DNA of 64,000 nt from an uncultured delta proteobacterium (GTDB lineage Bacteria > Desulfobacterota > Binatia > Binatales > Binataceae): positions 288,001 to 352,000 of the forward strand of contig CAVQEQ010000001.1 of assembly GCA_963711565.1 (NCBI GenBank), read 5' to 3'. Shown here piece after piece: positions 1 to 9,596 of the stretch (its first letter is position 1; each line of letters opens with the position of its first letter). Below the pieces are notes generated by a model. The model saw only the letters and a program-made list of their open reading frames with translations, was not told where the DNA came from and ran no database searches. A program made the position numbers and the translations under genes.

Positions 1-638
1 TAGTCGGGCTTGCCGAAGATTCCTGAACCTGAGACGAAGACGTTGGCGCCCGCGGCCTTTACGTCCGCGATATTGTCGAGCTTCACGCCGCCGTCGATCT
101 CGACGTCGATGCTGAGGCCGCGACGTTTCAACTCGCGCCGGATGTAGCGCAGCTTGTCGAGCGCGGCAGGGATGAACTCCTGGCCGCCGAAGCCCGGATG
201 CACGCTCATCACGAGGATCATGTCGAGATGCTCGGCGAAGGGCAGCACCTTGTCAGCGTCGGTCTCGGGATTTATTCCGATCGACGCGCGTGCGCCGAGG
301 TCACGGATGCGCTTGGCTATCGCGGGGATGTCGGGGCAGACCTCGCAATGCACCGAGATTGAATTCGCGCCGGCCTTCACGAACGCTTCGACGTAGCGCG
401 CCGGCTCGGAGATCATCAGGTGCGCGTCGAGCGGGAGCCTAGTGACCTTGCGCACCGACTCGAGCACCGGGATTCCAATCGAGAGATTCGGCACGAAGTG
501 CCCGTCCATCACGTCGAAATGAATCATGTCGGCGCCGGCCTTCTCGACCGCGCGAATCTCGTCGCCGAGCCGGGCGAAGTCGGCGGACAGAATCGAGGGG
601 GCGATTTTGTCGTGGAGATCTTCGGCCGGAAGAGCCAT
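1..638 (-). CDS. rpe: Ribulose-phosphate 3-epimerase (3' end outside window)
   Basis: Own translation from ATG 638: MALPAEDLHDKIAPSILSADF...HFDVMDGHFVPN...MSVHPGFGGQ...VDGG...FVSGSGIFGKPD; not in the ORF track because it is truncated. Confidence 0.93.
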   Translation of the reverse strand, partial: MALPAEDLHDKIAPSILSADFARLGDEIRAVEKAGADMIHFDVMDGHFVPNLSIGIPVLESVRKVTRLPLDAHLMISEPARYVEAFVKAGANSISVHCEVCPDIPAIAKRIRDLGARASIGINPETDADKVLPFAEHLDMILVMSVHPGFGGQEFIPAALDKLRYIRRELKRRGLSIDVEIDGGVKLDNIADVKAAGANVFVSGSGIFGKPD

Positions 639-687
639 ACGCAGAGAGATTAGCCGCAGCGCGAAACGATTGCGACTCGGTCCTATC

Positions 688-796
688 TGTCACCCTGACG
701 ACGCGAGCATCGTGAGGGGAGGAACGGGCCTCGGACAGCTTCGCGCGACGCGAAGCCGGTACCGGTCTTCTTAATTAGCGCGTCGCGCGCGCTCCA
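688..796. repeat. ~105-bp palindromic repeat, copy 1 (TGTCAYCCTGACGAC...GCTTCGC..GCGAAGCCGGTACCGG...GCGCTCCA)
   Basis: Aligns end to end with 1130-1233 as a direct repeat; has internal hairpins. Confidence 0.9.
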
Positions 797-800
797 CCTT

Positions 801-1115
801 CTACGATGCGCGCCGTGCCTGACGCTGCACAGCTCGATGCAGACCCCAATCAGCCTGCAGTCGCATCCACAATTGCGCCGAGGTCTTGAGGAAGCGCCCC
901 AATCGAAGCGCGGTATCGGCGGTGATAGCGCGTTTGCCGAGGACAATCTCGTTCAAGCGGTTGAGCGAGATGCCAAGGCGGCGGGCAGCCTCGACCTGTC
1001 CGAGGCCGAGCGGCTTGAGATATTCCTCCAGCAGAATCTCGCCGGGCGCAACCGCCGGACCCGGCCAATCCGGCTGTTTAGTGATAGTCTTCGACGCCGA
1101 CTTCTTCATAGGCAT
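801..1115 (-). CDS. higA: HigA-family addiction-module antitoxin (XRE HTH), no adjacent toxin
   Basis: PGEILLEEYLKPLGL...RLNEIVLGKRAITADTALRLGRFLKTSAQLWMRLQ matches the HigA/VapI pattern. Confidence 0.88.
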   Translation of the reverse strand: MPMKKSASKTITKQPDWPGPAVAPGEILLEEYLKPLGLGQVEAARRLGISLNRLNEIVLGKRAITADTALRLGRFLKTSAQLWMRLQADWGLHRAVQRQARRAS

Positions 1116-1129
1116 ATCCGTTCTGGTTG

Positions 1130-1233
1130 TGTCATCCTGACGACCCGAGCATCGCGAGGGGAGGAAGGACCACGGACAGCTTCGCGCCAGCGAAGCCGGT
1201 ACCGGTTCCTATTCGCGCGTTTCGCGCGCTCCA
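1130..1233. repeat. ~105-bp palindromic repeat, copy 2
   Basis: Direct repeat of 688-796. Confidence 0.9.
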
Positions 1234-1246
1234 TTTGCCGAGAATA

Positions 1247-1789
1247 CTAGCCGATTCTCACCCTATACAGCGCCATCAGGTCGGTCACTCCCGGATCGTG
1301 GCCCAGTTGACTCAGCACCGTCATGATTTGTCCGCGATGGTGCGTCTGATGGTTGAAAAAATGCGTCACTGCAATCCACATCGGCACGCGATAGCGGCCG
1401 ACCGCCGACATCGCGTCGTAGACCAGGTCGCGCGCGAGGAACTCGGCCGTGATTTCGGTCGTCGTCCACGCTTCGATCGTGGCGTCGGTCTTCTCGCGCT
1501 CGCGGCGCAGCGTCACGAAATTCGCGTATAGTTCCTGATCGAGCGAGCGAATCTCGATCAGGCACCCGCTCTCATCGAGGGATTGCGTGCGATCCGCGCC
1601 GACAAACCGTCCCAGCTGCACGCGATCCGTCAGCAGCAGATGGTTCAGCGTGCGATGAATCGAGCCGAAGAACGCGTGGAGGTCGCGCTTGCGCTCCTCG
1701 TCGGTGAGCGAAGCGCAGGTGTCGTAGATGCTGCGGTTCATCCACGTGTTGTACTGGGCCATCGTCTTGAACTGAGTAATCAGGTCCAT
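1247..1789 (-). CDS. DinB/YfiT family putative metal-dependent protein
   Basis: YNTWMN, FFGSIHRTLNH and HFFNHQTHHRGQ motifs; likely start ATG 1789. Confidence 0.88.
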   Translation of the reverse strand: MDLITQFKTMAQYNTWMNRSIYDTCASLTDEERKRDLHAFFGSIHRTLNHLLLTDRVQLGRFVGADRTQSLDESGCLIEIRSLDQELYANFVTLRREREKTDATIEAWTTTEITAEFLARDLVYDAMSAVGRYRVPMWIAVTHFFNHQTHHRGQIMTVLSQLGHDPGVTDLMALYRVRIG

Positions 1790-1796
1790 CGCAATC

Positions 1797-3182
1797 TCAT
1801 TTTCGAATAAGGCGCGCGGCAAAGAATCCGTCCAGCCCGCCAACGTCCGGCCGCGTTTTCATGAAGCCGCGCGCGTCGATCACGTCCTTCAATTCGCCGG
1901 CCGCGACGCCGCGATCGATCGCGAAATCGCTGTGACTCGCGAGAAATGAATCGACGACGCCGTCGCCCTCTTCGGGCGCGATACTGCAAACCGAATACAC
2001 GATCGCGCCGCCTCGACGCACGAGCGCCGCGGCATTGTCGAGCATTCGCGATTGTATCGCGGCCATTCGCGCCGGGTCGGCCGGCTTCAGCCGCCACTTT
2101 ATTTCCGGATGCTCGCGCAGTGTGCCGAGTCCCGTGCATGGCGCGTCGAGGAGCACGTACTCGACACTCGACGGCGCAAGCGGCGCGGCATTCGTCAAAT
2201 CGGCGCATACAAACTCGACATTACGATGCCGCAATCTGCGCGCCAGGCCGCGCGCGTTCTTGAGGCCGTTGAAATTGAGGTCCACGGCGATCACGCGTCC
2301 GCGCTCGCCGATCATCTCCGCCAGATGCGTCGTCTTGCCGCCCGGCGCCGACGCACAATCCACGACGGTCGCGCCCGCACGCGGGGCCAGCATGCGCGCG
2401 GCCATCTGCGACGCCTCGGATTGCGCATGGAACAAGCCGTCGCGATACGCGCGCGACTCGAAATGCGGTGCGCCGTTCAGGATGAGCGTCTCGGGTGCGC
2501 GGCCAGGCGCGCCAATCTCGAAACCATCCGCGGTAAGTTTCTCGATTATTTCAGCGCGAGAGCCGTGCGCGAGATTTAGCCTGATGACGTTGGGCGCGGC
2601 GTCGTTGTTCGCTGTCATCAGGCGCTCGGCGTTCGGGACGCCGAACCAATCGACGAATCGCTCGACCATCCAGGGCGGATGCGAATACGCAACGGCGAGA
2701 AGGCTCTTCTCGTTTGGCTCGCGCGGCGGCATCGGCGCCGTCTCGCGCGTCGCACGGCGCATGACGGCGTTGATGAAGCCCGACGCCTTGCGCGCCTCGG
2801 GAATACGCTTGGCAATACTGACCGCGGTATCCACCACCGCATGCTGCGGGATGCGGTCGAGAAATCGAAGCTGAAAAAGCCCCATCCGCATGATCGCTAG
2901 CGCCGCGGACTGAATCCCGTCGAGCTTGCGCCCCGTCAGATGCTTCAACTCGTAATCGACGCGGCCCTGCCACGCGAGAGTTCCCAGCACCAGCCGCGTA
3001 ATGAGCCGGCGGTCGGCAAGCGCGAAATCAGGAAGCCTCACGCCGAGCAGAACGTCAGCGTAGCCGGATTCCTGATCGACGCGATAGAGAATTTCGACCG
3101 CTGCCAGCCGCGACGCGAGGCCTTCGTCGGGCCGCGCGCTCGATCGCGCGGCAAGCTTCACTTTTGCGCGCTCCTCGCTCAT
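1797..3182 (-). CDS. rsmB: 16S rRNA m5C967 methyltransferase RsmB/Sun
   Basis: NusB-like N-terminus, DCASAPGGKT, LLDAPCTGLG, YSVCS; lies downstream of fmt. Confidence 0.93.
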   Translation of the reverse strand: MSEERAKVKLAARSSARPDEGLASRLAAVEILYRVDQESGYADVLLGVRLPDFALADRRLITRLVLGTLAWQGRVDYELKHLTGRKLDGIQSAALAIMRMGLFQLRFLDRIPQHAVVDTAVSIAKRIPEARKASGFINAVMRRATRETAPMPPREPNEKSLLAVAYSHPPWMVERFVDWFGVPNAERLMTANNDAAPNVIRLNLAHGSRAEIIEKLTADGFEIGAPGRAPETLILNGAPHFESRAYRDGLFHAQSEASQMAARMLAPRAGATVVDCASAPGGKTTHLAEMIGERGRVIAVDLNFNGLKNARGLARRLRHRNVEFVCADLTNAAPLAPSSVEYVLLDAPCTGLGTLREHPEIKWRLKPADPARMAAIQSRMLDNAAALVRRGGAIVYSVCSIAPEEGDGVVDSFLASHSDFAIDRGVAAGELKDVIDARGFMKTRPDVGGLDGFFAARLIRK

Positions 3183-4147
3183 GGGCCGAATCGCGCTCCG
3201 GCTTCGATGCGTTTACCGCGCAGGAAATCCGCCGCGGACATTCTCTTTCGACCCGGCGCTTGCACTTCGACGAGCCTGAGTCGTCCGGTTCCACACTGGA
3301 CGATGGGATACGGCTTGACGCTCACGATTGCGCCGGGCGGGCACGGCGGCCCGCCCCACTTAGTCTGAGATTCATCTTCGACCGCCGCGCGCCAGATAAG
3401 AACTTCGTCGGCACCGAGGCGCGTGCGCGCCACCGGCCATGGATCGTATGCGCGCGTCATCCGCTCGATCTGCGCGGCGCTCGCGGTCCAGTCGATCACC
3501 GCATCCTTCTTTTCGACTTGCGCGGTGTAGGTCGCGAGCGCTTCGTCCTGCGGCGTTTCGACCAGTGCGCCGCGGGCCGCGAGATCGATCACCTCGAGCG
3601 ATGCGGACGCGCCAAGCTCCGCGAGCTTTTCCTTCAACGTACCCTGCGTGTCGTTCGGCTCAATCGGAAGCTTGCACTGGAAGTACATCGGGCAGGCGTC
3701 CATCCGCTCGACGATCCGCATGATCGTGACGCCGGTCTCGGCGTCGCCCGCGAGGATCGCGCCCTCGATCGGAGCGGCGCCACGATGCCGCGGCAACAAC
3801 GATGCGTGCACGTTTATCGGCGCGATGCGGGGAACGTCGAGAATCCGGGCCGGCAGAATTCGTCCATAAGCCGCCACCAGCAGGATATCGGGATCGAATT
3901 CTTCCATCTCGCTGAGGAACGACCACGTCCGAATTTTGAGCGGCTTCAGCGTCGGTATCCCATGTTTCGCTGCGACTGCTCCGACTTCGCTCGGCTCCAT
4001 TCCGAGTCCGCGACCGCGTGGCTGGTCGGGACGCGTGACGACTCCGACTACGCGGAAATTGGCTCCTGAAGCCGTCACGAGCCTTTCTAAAATATGAGCC
4101 GCCAACGCGGGCGTGCCCATGAAGACGATCTTTAGTGGGTCGGCGAT
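3179..4147 (-). CDS. fmt: Methionyl-tRNA formyltransferase
   Basis: LKIVFMGTP, VTRPDQPRGRG, INVHASLLPRHRGAAPI; conserved N-terminus extends upstream of the first ATG (4120) to ATC 4147. Confidence 0.93.
   Translation of the reverse strand: MADPLKIVFMGTPALAAHILERLVTASGANFRVVGVVTRPDQPRGRGLGMEPSEVGAVAAKHGIPTLKPLKIRTWSFLSEMEEFDPDILLVAAYGRILPARILDVPRIAPINVHASLLPRHRGAAPIEGAILAGDAETGVTIMRIVERMDACPMYFQCKLPIEPNDTQGTLKEKLAELGASASLEVIDLAARGALVETPQDEALATYTAQVEKKDAVIDWTASAAQIERMTRAYDPWPVARTRLGADEVLIWRAAVEDESQTKWGGPPCPPGAIVSVKPYPIVQCGTGRLRLVEVQAPGRKRMSAADFLRGKRIEAGARFGP
3336..3360 (-). repeat. RAYT-family REP copy inside the fmt coding sequence
   Basis: 25/25 identity to the REP flanking the RAYT gene (AGTGGGGCGGGCCGCCGTGCCCGCC). 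Confidence 0.85.
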
Positions 4148-4148
4148 T

Positions 4149-4691
4149 TTAGATCCGCACCGTGGAGGGTCGCGCCTCGTCGGCTTTGCCCTCCTTGATT
4201 AACTTTTTCAGTTTGCGCTTGTAGAGTTCGCGCTTGATTCGGCTGATACGATCGATGAAGAGCTTGCCGTCGAGGTGATCGATCTCATGCTGCAGCGCGA
4301 CCGCGAGCAGTTCGTCGGCTTCGATCTCGATTTCTTTTTCGTCGGGCGTCCACGCGCGCACCAGCACATGCGCCGCGCGCTCAACGTCGGCAGTGTAATC
4401 AATCACCGACAGACAACCCTCTTCCCAAACGATCTTGCCCTCAGCCTCGACCACCTTCGGATTGATGAGCTTCAGAAGATGCTTGCCGGGATTTTCGTGA
4501 TCGGTGTCGAGCACGATTATCCGCTTCGATTCTCCGACCTGCGGCGCCGCAAGACCAACGCCCGGCGCGGCGTACATCGTCTGCACCATGCTGTCGATCA
4601 ACCCTTCGACGTTGCCGTTAATATCTTTGACCGGCGCGGCCGGCTCCTTGAGCGTGTCGTCGGGAAACTTGCGGATTTTCAGCAGCGCCAT
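4149..4691 (-). CDS. def: Peptide deformylase
   Basis: GVGLAAPQVG, EGCLS, QHEIDHLDG. Confidence 0.96.
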   Translation of the reverse strand: MALLKIRKFPDDTLKEPAAPVKDINGNVEGLIDSMVQTMYAAPGVGLAAPQVGESKRIIVLDTDHENPGKHLLKLINPKVVEAEGKIVWEEGCLSVIDYTADVERAAHVLVRAWTPDEKEIEIEADELLAVALQHEIDHLDGKLFIDRISRIKRELYKRKLKKLIKEGKADEARPSTVRI

Positions 4692-4715
4692 TTCGAATAC
4701 CGATTTAGAAATCTA

Positions 4716-5660
4716 TCAAAGGGTAACTGGCGCGGCGAGTCCGAGCGGGGCGAGAAACGATTCCACCGCGCGGATGCATTCGGCGGGACGCTCGATTTGC
4801 AGAAAATGCGTCGTGCCCGGAATCGCTTCGTACGGGAGCCCAAGCTCCTCGGCCATCGCGCGCCCAATCAGCGCCGGCGGCATTACCTCGTCGAGCGTAG
4901 GATCGCCGCACACGAGTTTCACCGGCACCGGGCAATGAGCCATCTGCGGCCACAGGTCGGGATTCGCGCCACTGGAAAAAACGTGCGCCTCATATTCCCG
5001 CGGACACGCGAGAATCCAGTCGCCGGCCGCGCGGTCGTGCCGCAACGTCGCCCGCGCCATCAGCTCGTACGCGTCGGGCACCCATCGTTTGAAGCGCCGG
5101 CTGAACTGCTTCGCCAGTTCCATCGGGTCCTTGTAGCGCTCGGGACGCCGCGCCGCGCGCGAGGCGAGCGATTCCTTGTCGGATTGCTGAAGGTTGCGGA
5201 CGGGATGTCCTTCGCGCGGATAGACCGGCGGATCGAACAGCACCAGCGCGTCGAATCGCGGCCCGTACTTGAGCGCATGCATCGCGGCCGTGACGCCCGA
5301 CAGCGAATGGAACAGTCCGGCCGCGGGCTTCGCACCGAGCTCGCGATTGATCGCGTGCCATAGGATGTCCATGTCGTCAACGAAGTTTCGCCACGTATGA
5401 CCCTCGGCGGTGTGCAGCGGATTGTGGCCGTGATTGCGGAAGTCGAAGACGACGACTTCGTAGCGATCGCGGATCGGTCCCCAGAATGGAAAGTAACCGT
5501 CGATCGCAAGGCCGTTGCCGTGACTCAGCACTAGGCGCGGCGCGCCGGGGATACCGTGCTGGCGAACGCGGATCGTCGCGCCGTCGTACATCTTCACGTC
5601 GAAGGCATGGCGCGCGCGCGGCACGTGATGCGTCAGGTGATGTTCGTCAGTCTCGTTCAT
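4716..5660 (-). CDS. Alpha/beta-fold hydrolase
   Basis: LSHGNG, FDFRNHG, HSLSG nucleophile-elbow variant, C-terminal GTTHF. Confidence 0.8.
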   Translation of the reverse strand: MNETDEHHLTHHVPRARHAFDVKMYDGATIRVRQHGIPGAPRLVLSHGNGLAIDGYFPFWGPIRDRYEVVVFDFRNHGHNPLHTAEGHTWRNFVDDMDILWHAINRELGAKPAAGLFHSLSGVTAAMHALKYGPRFDALVLFDPPVYPREGHPVRNLQQSDKESLASRAARRPERYKDPMELAKQFSRRFKRWVPDAYELMARATLRHDRAAGDWILACPREYEAHVFSSGANPDLWPQMAHCPVPVKLVCGDPTLDEVMPPALIGRAMAEELGLPYEAIPGTTHFLQIERPAECIRAVESFLAPLGLAAPVTL

Positions 5661-5664
5661 TGGC

Positions 5665-8142
5665 TCACAGCATTCTTACCGGATCGATATCGATCGCAAG
5701 ATATATGTCGTCGCGCTCTGCCGACGGCTCGACTTCCGCGCGCATAGCGGCAATCGCGGCGCGCATTGGTTTTAATTCGCGCGATTTTAGCATCACCTGC
5801 CATCGGTAGCGCTGCTTGATCCGTTCGATCGGCGCGGGCGCGGGACCCAGCACCCGGAGTCCCTCCGGCGTCGAATCTTTCGCCAGCGACTTTGCGACCG
5901 CCTCCGCCGTCCGCCTGACGAGTTGCGGCTCGACGCCTTCGATTCGCACCATCGCGAGGCGCGCGAACGGCGGATACATAAGATCGCGGCGCAGTTCCAG
6001 CTCGCGGCGCATGAAGCGCGCGTAGTCCTGATCCCTGGCGGCGCGGACGCTGTAATGATTCGGCGCGAAGGTCTGGATGATGACGCGGCCGGGGCGCTCG
6101 CCGCGTCCCGCGCGTCCCGCGATCTGCGTCAGCAACTGGAACGTGCGCTCGGCGGAACGGAAGTCGGGCATGTTCAGCGCGAGGTCGGCGTTGACCACCG
6201 CGGCCAGCGTGACGCCGGGAAAATCGAATCCCTTGGTGATCATCTGTGTGCCGACAAGAATATCGATTTCGCCGGCGCGAAGCTCGGCCAGCATCCGCGC
6301 ACGCGCGCCGCGCAGACTGCTCGTGTCGGAGTCCATCCGTTCGATGCGCGCGGTCGGCATCAGCTCGGCCAGCGTCTGCGTCAGTCGCTCGGTGCCGAAG
6401 CCCTGCCCCTTCAGCCCGTAGCCTTTGCACTCGGGACACGTGTCCGGCGCCGCCGTATGATTGCCGCAGTAGTGGCAGCGGAGCGAGCGGTCGCGCAGAT
6501 GGAACGTCATGCTGACGCTGCAGTTCGGGCACGCGATTACGTTGCCGCAAATGTGGCATTGCAGAAAATTGTGGAAGCCGCGGCGATTGAGAAAGACCAT
6601 GCTCTGGCCGCGCGAGGCGAGATTTTCGCGCAGCGCAGTAACCAGCGCAGTCGAGAGCGGCACCGTCTCAGGAACTTCCGCCGCTTTTGTTTTCGATTCT
6701 GCGGGACTGGCACCGTTGATTGATTTGGCCGACGCGAGCTTGCGCGCATCGGCGACTTCGCGGCGCATATCGACGACTTCGACCGACGCCATCGCGCGAT
6801 CGTTCACACGCCGCAACAAGCGCAGCAGCCGGTAGCGTCCGCGGCGCGCGTTCGCATACGACTCGCTCGAGGGAGTCGCTGAGCCGAGCACAACGGGACA
6901 TTTCGAGAATCCGGCGAGCGCGACTGCGAGATCGCGCGCGTGATAGTAAATCCCCTCCTCATTCTTGTACGACGCGTCGTGCTCCTCATCGACGACAATC
7001 AACCCGATGTCGTGCATCGGCGCGAAGATCACCGAGCGCGGACCGATCATCACTCGCGCCTGTCCGCCGAGCGCCGCCATCCAGCTCGCCCATCGCTCGG
7101 ACACGCTCTGCGCGCTGTGCGCAATGCCGACCAGGGAACCAAAACGCGCGCGAAACGAGCGCACGATTTCGTCGGCCAGCGCGATCTCGGGCACCATGAT
7201 CAAAACGTTGCGGCCGGCCGCGAGCGCGCGCGCGACGAGGTTCAGGTAAATTTCGGTCTTGCCGCTGGCGGTTACGCCCCACAGCAGAAACGCTTCGTAG
7301 CGGCGATGCTCGATCGCGGGCGAGATCGCATCGAGCGCGACTTGTTGTTCATCGGTGAGATCGAAGTCCGCCGCGACGCCATGACTTGCCGTGGTCGGCG
7401 TCGCCTCGAGCGCGATCAATCCCCGACCCGCGAGGCTCTTCAGCGCCGCGCTCGCGCCGTCGATTGCGGTTTTCAGATCCGCGACGCGCACGCCCGTCAC
7501 GCCGGCACTGGCGATCGCATTCAGCACTTCGCGCTGCTTCGTGCCGCGCACGCTCTCGACGTTTGCGCCGGCGACGAGCCGCGCGACCAGGTCCGCCGTC
7601 TCGCGATGCCGCCCCGTGGTAGCGTCGCGGCGCTCGAGGATGCCGTCGGCGACGAAGCGCGCAAGCGTCGCGCGCACCTCGCTGGGCGGACCGATTTTCT
7701 CGAGCTGGCGCGTCGATGCGGCGCGCTTGGCGATCGTCTCGACAATCGCGCGCTCGACTCGCGTGAACGTTGCCCGCGCCAGCGCGTCGGGCGGAGTCGC
7801 AAGCGTGTACGCCGTCCGCGACTCGACCCGCGCGACCGCGGGAATCACACTGCGGTACGCGTCCGCAATCGAGACCATGTAGTAGGTCGCGAGGAACTCC
7901 ATCAGTTGCAGATGTGCGCGATCGAACAGCGGCCGCGGCTCGAGCACTTCGAGGATGGGCTTCAGCTCAGTCGTCGAAAGCCGTTCGCCGACCTCGGTGA
8001 CGACGCCGGTCACCTTGCGTGAGCGGAGCGGCGCGAGGACGCGATGGCCCGGCTGGATGAGGCCGTCGAGGGCGGGCGGAATCGAATACGTCAGCGTTTC
8101 GAATCCGCGCGTCGCCCCGACGATCACAATGTTGGCCTGCAT
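5665..8142 (-). CDS. priA: Primosomal protein N' (replication restart helicase)
   Basis: GVTASGKTE, VDEEHD, two CxxC-CxxC zinc clusters, GTQMITKGFDFP. Confidence 0.95.
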   Translation of the reverse strand: MQANIVIVGATRGFETLTYSIPPALDGLIQPGHRVLAPLRSRKVTGVVTEVGERLSTTELKPILEVLEPRPLFDRAHLQLMEFLATYYMVSIADAYRSVIPAVARVESRTAYTLATPPDALARATFTRVERAIVETIAKRAASTRQLEKIGPPSEVRATLARFVADGILERRDATTGRHRETADLVARLVAGANVESVRGTKQREVLNAIASAGVTGVRVADLKTAIDGASAALKSLAGRGLIALEATPTTASHGVAADFDLTDEQQVALDAISPAIEHRRYEAFLLWGVTASGKTEIYLNLVARALAAGRNVLIMVPEIALADEIVRSFRARFGSLVGIAHSAQSVSERWASWMAALGGQARVMIGPRSVIFAPMHDIGLIVVDEEHDASYKNEEGIYYHARDLAVALAGFSKCPVVLGSATPSSESYANARRGRYRLLRLLRRVNDRAMASVEVVDMRREVADARKLASAKSINGASPAESKTKAAEVPETVPLSTALVTALRENLASRGQSMVFLNRRGFHNFLQCHICGNVIACPNCSVSMTFHLRDRSLRCHYCGNHTAAPDTCPECKGYGLKGQGFGTERLTQTLAELMPTARIERMDSDTSSLRGARARMLAELRAGEIDILVGTQMITKGFDFPGVTLAAVVNADLALNMPDFRSAERTFQLLTQIAGRAGRGERPGRVIIQTFAPNHYSVRAARDQDYARFMRRELELRRDLMYPPFARLAMVRIEGVEPQLVRRTAEAVAKSLAKDSTPEGLRVLGPAPAPIERIKQRYRWQVMLKSRELKPMRAAIAAMRAEVEPSAERDDIYLAIDIDPVRML

Positions 8143-8303
8143 CTCGACGATCTCTGCGCATGCAATTTACACCGCGCGCGACTGATCCGGCGAGTCACCT
8201 CGCCGAGCGGTGCTGTCCGGAATCGCGAATTAGGACAGTACCCGCCGAGCGGCCGATTTGCCCCCGCTTTCGCAGACGCGTCCAGTCTGGTTGAATCTGG
8301 TTC

Positions 8304-9473
8304 ATGACGCTCCGATTCCTGACTGCCGGCGAATCGCACGGGCCCGAACTGGTCGCGACGGTTGAAGGCGTGCCCGCCGGATTCGACATCGATGTGGACG
8401 CGATCAACGCCGATCTTGCGCGGCGGCAGAAGGGTTACGGCCGCGGCGGGCGCATGCTGATCGAGAAGGACGAAGTGCGGCCGGTTTCCGGCATCCGCTT
8501 CGGCAAGTCGCTCGGCAGTCCGATCACGTTCATCATCGAGAATCGCGACTTCAAGAACTGGGTCAAGAAGATGTCCGCCGATCCGGGCGATCGCGGCGCG
8601 GCGGAGGTCGTCACGCGCGCGCGGCCCGGCCATGCCGACCTGGCGGGCGTGCTGAAATACAATCTCGAAGATATTCGCGACGTGCTCGAACGGGCGTCGG
8701 CGCGCGAAACCACTGCGCGCGTGGCGATTGGCGGGCTCGCGAAGCAGATTCTGCTGCCGTTCGGGATCGACGTGATCGGCTACGTCGCGAGCATCGGCGC
8801 GACCGAAGCGAAGACCCATCCCGAGTTGAGCATCGCCGAGTTGCGCCGAATCACGGAAGCATCGCAGGTGCGCGTCGCCGATCCCGACGCCGAAAGCAAA
8901 ATAATCGCCGAGATCGATGCGTGCAAAAAAACCGGTGATACGCTCGGCGGCATCGTCGAAGTCGTCGCGACCGGATTGCCGGTCGGGCTCGGCAGCCACG
9001 TGCAATGGGATCGCAAACTCGACGGACGGCTGGCGTTCGCGCTGCTCAGCCTGCAGGCCGCCAAGGGCGTCGAGCTGGGGCTTGGATTCACAGCGGGACG
9101 GATTCGCGGATCGGAGCTTCACGACGAAATCGGTTACGACGCCGAGCATCATCGCTTCACGCGTCATTCGAATAATTCGGGCGGCACCGAGGGCGGCATG
9201 AGCACGGGCGAGCCGCTGCGCGTGCGCGTCGCGTTCAAGCCGCTGTCGACGCTGATGCGGCCGCTGCGATCGGTCGATATCAAAACCAAGGCAGAGGCGG
9301 TCGGCGCGATCGAGCGTTCCGACGTATGCGCGATTCCCGCCGCGGCGGTCATCGCGGAAGCGGTGGTCGCGTTTGAACTCGCGGCGGCTTTCCTGGAAAA
9401 GTTCGGCGGCGATTCGCTGACGGAGATTACGCGCAACTTCAAAGGTTTCATCGAACAGGTCCGCAACTACTGA
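8304..9473 (+). CDS. aroC: Chorismate synthase
   Basis: TAGESHG, RPGHADL, ERASARET, ERSDVCA. Confidence 0.97.
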   Translation: MTLRFLTAGESHGPELVATVEGVPAGFDIDVDAINADLARRQKGYGRGGRMLIEKDEVRPVSGIRFGKSLGSPITFIIENRDFKNWVKKMSADPGDRGAAEVVTRARPGHADLAGVLKYNLEDIRDVLERASARETTARVAIGGLAKQILLPFGIDVIGYVASIGATEAKTHPELSIAELRRITEASQVRVADPDAESKIIAEIDACKKTGDTLGGIVEVVATGLPVGLGSHVQWDRKLDGRLAFALLSLQAAKGVELGLGFTAGRIRGSELHDEIGYDAEHHRFTRHSNNSGGTEGGMSTGEPLRVRVAFKPLSTLMRPLRSVDIKTKAEAVGAIERSDVCAIPAAAVIAEAVVAFELAAAFLEKFGGDSLTEITRNFKGFIEQVRNY

Positions 9474-9514
9474 ACCGCGGGCGCGCCGCATGGCGGACAA
9501 TTCAGGATCAGAGG

Positions 9515-9596
9515 AGAATCTTGAATCGCGCGCGAAAAATGCGCGCTGCAATCGGACCCTCACCTTGATCCTCTCCCTCGCAGGGAGAGGGGAAGA
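9515..9596. repeat. ~82-bp dispersed element with CCTCTCCC/GGGAGAGG hairpin
   Basis: Reverse complement aligns with 37990-38071. Confidence 0.8.
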
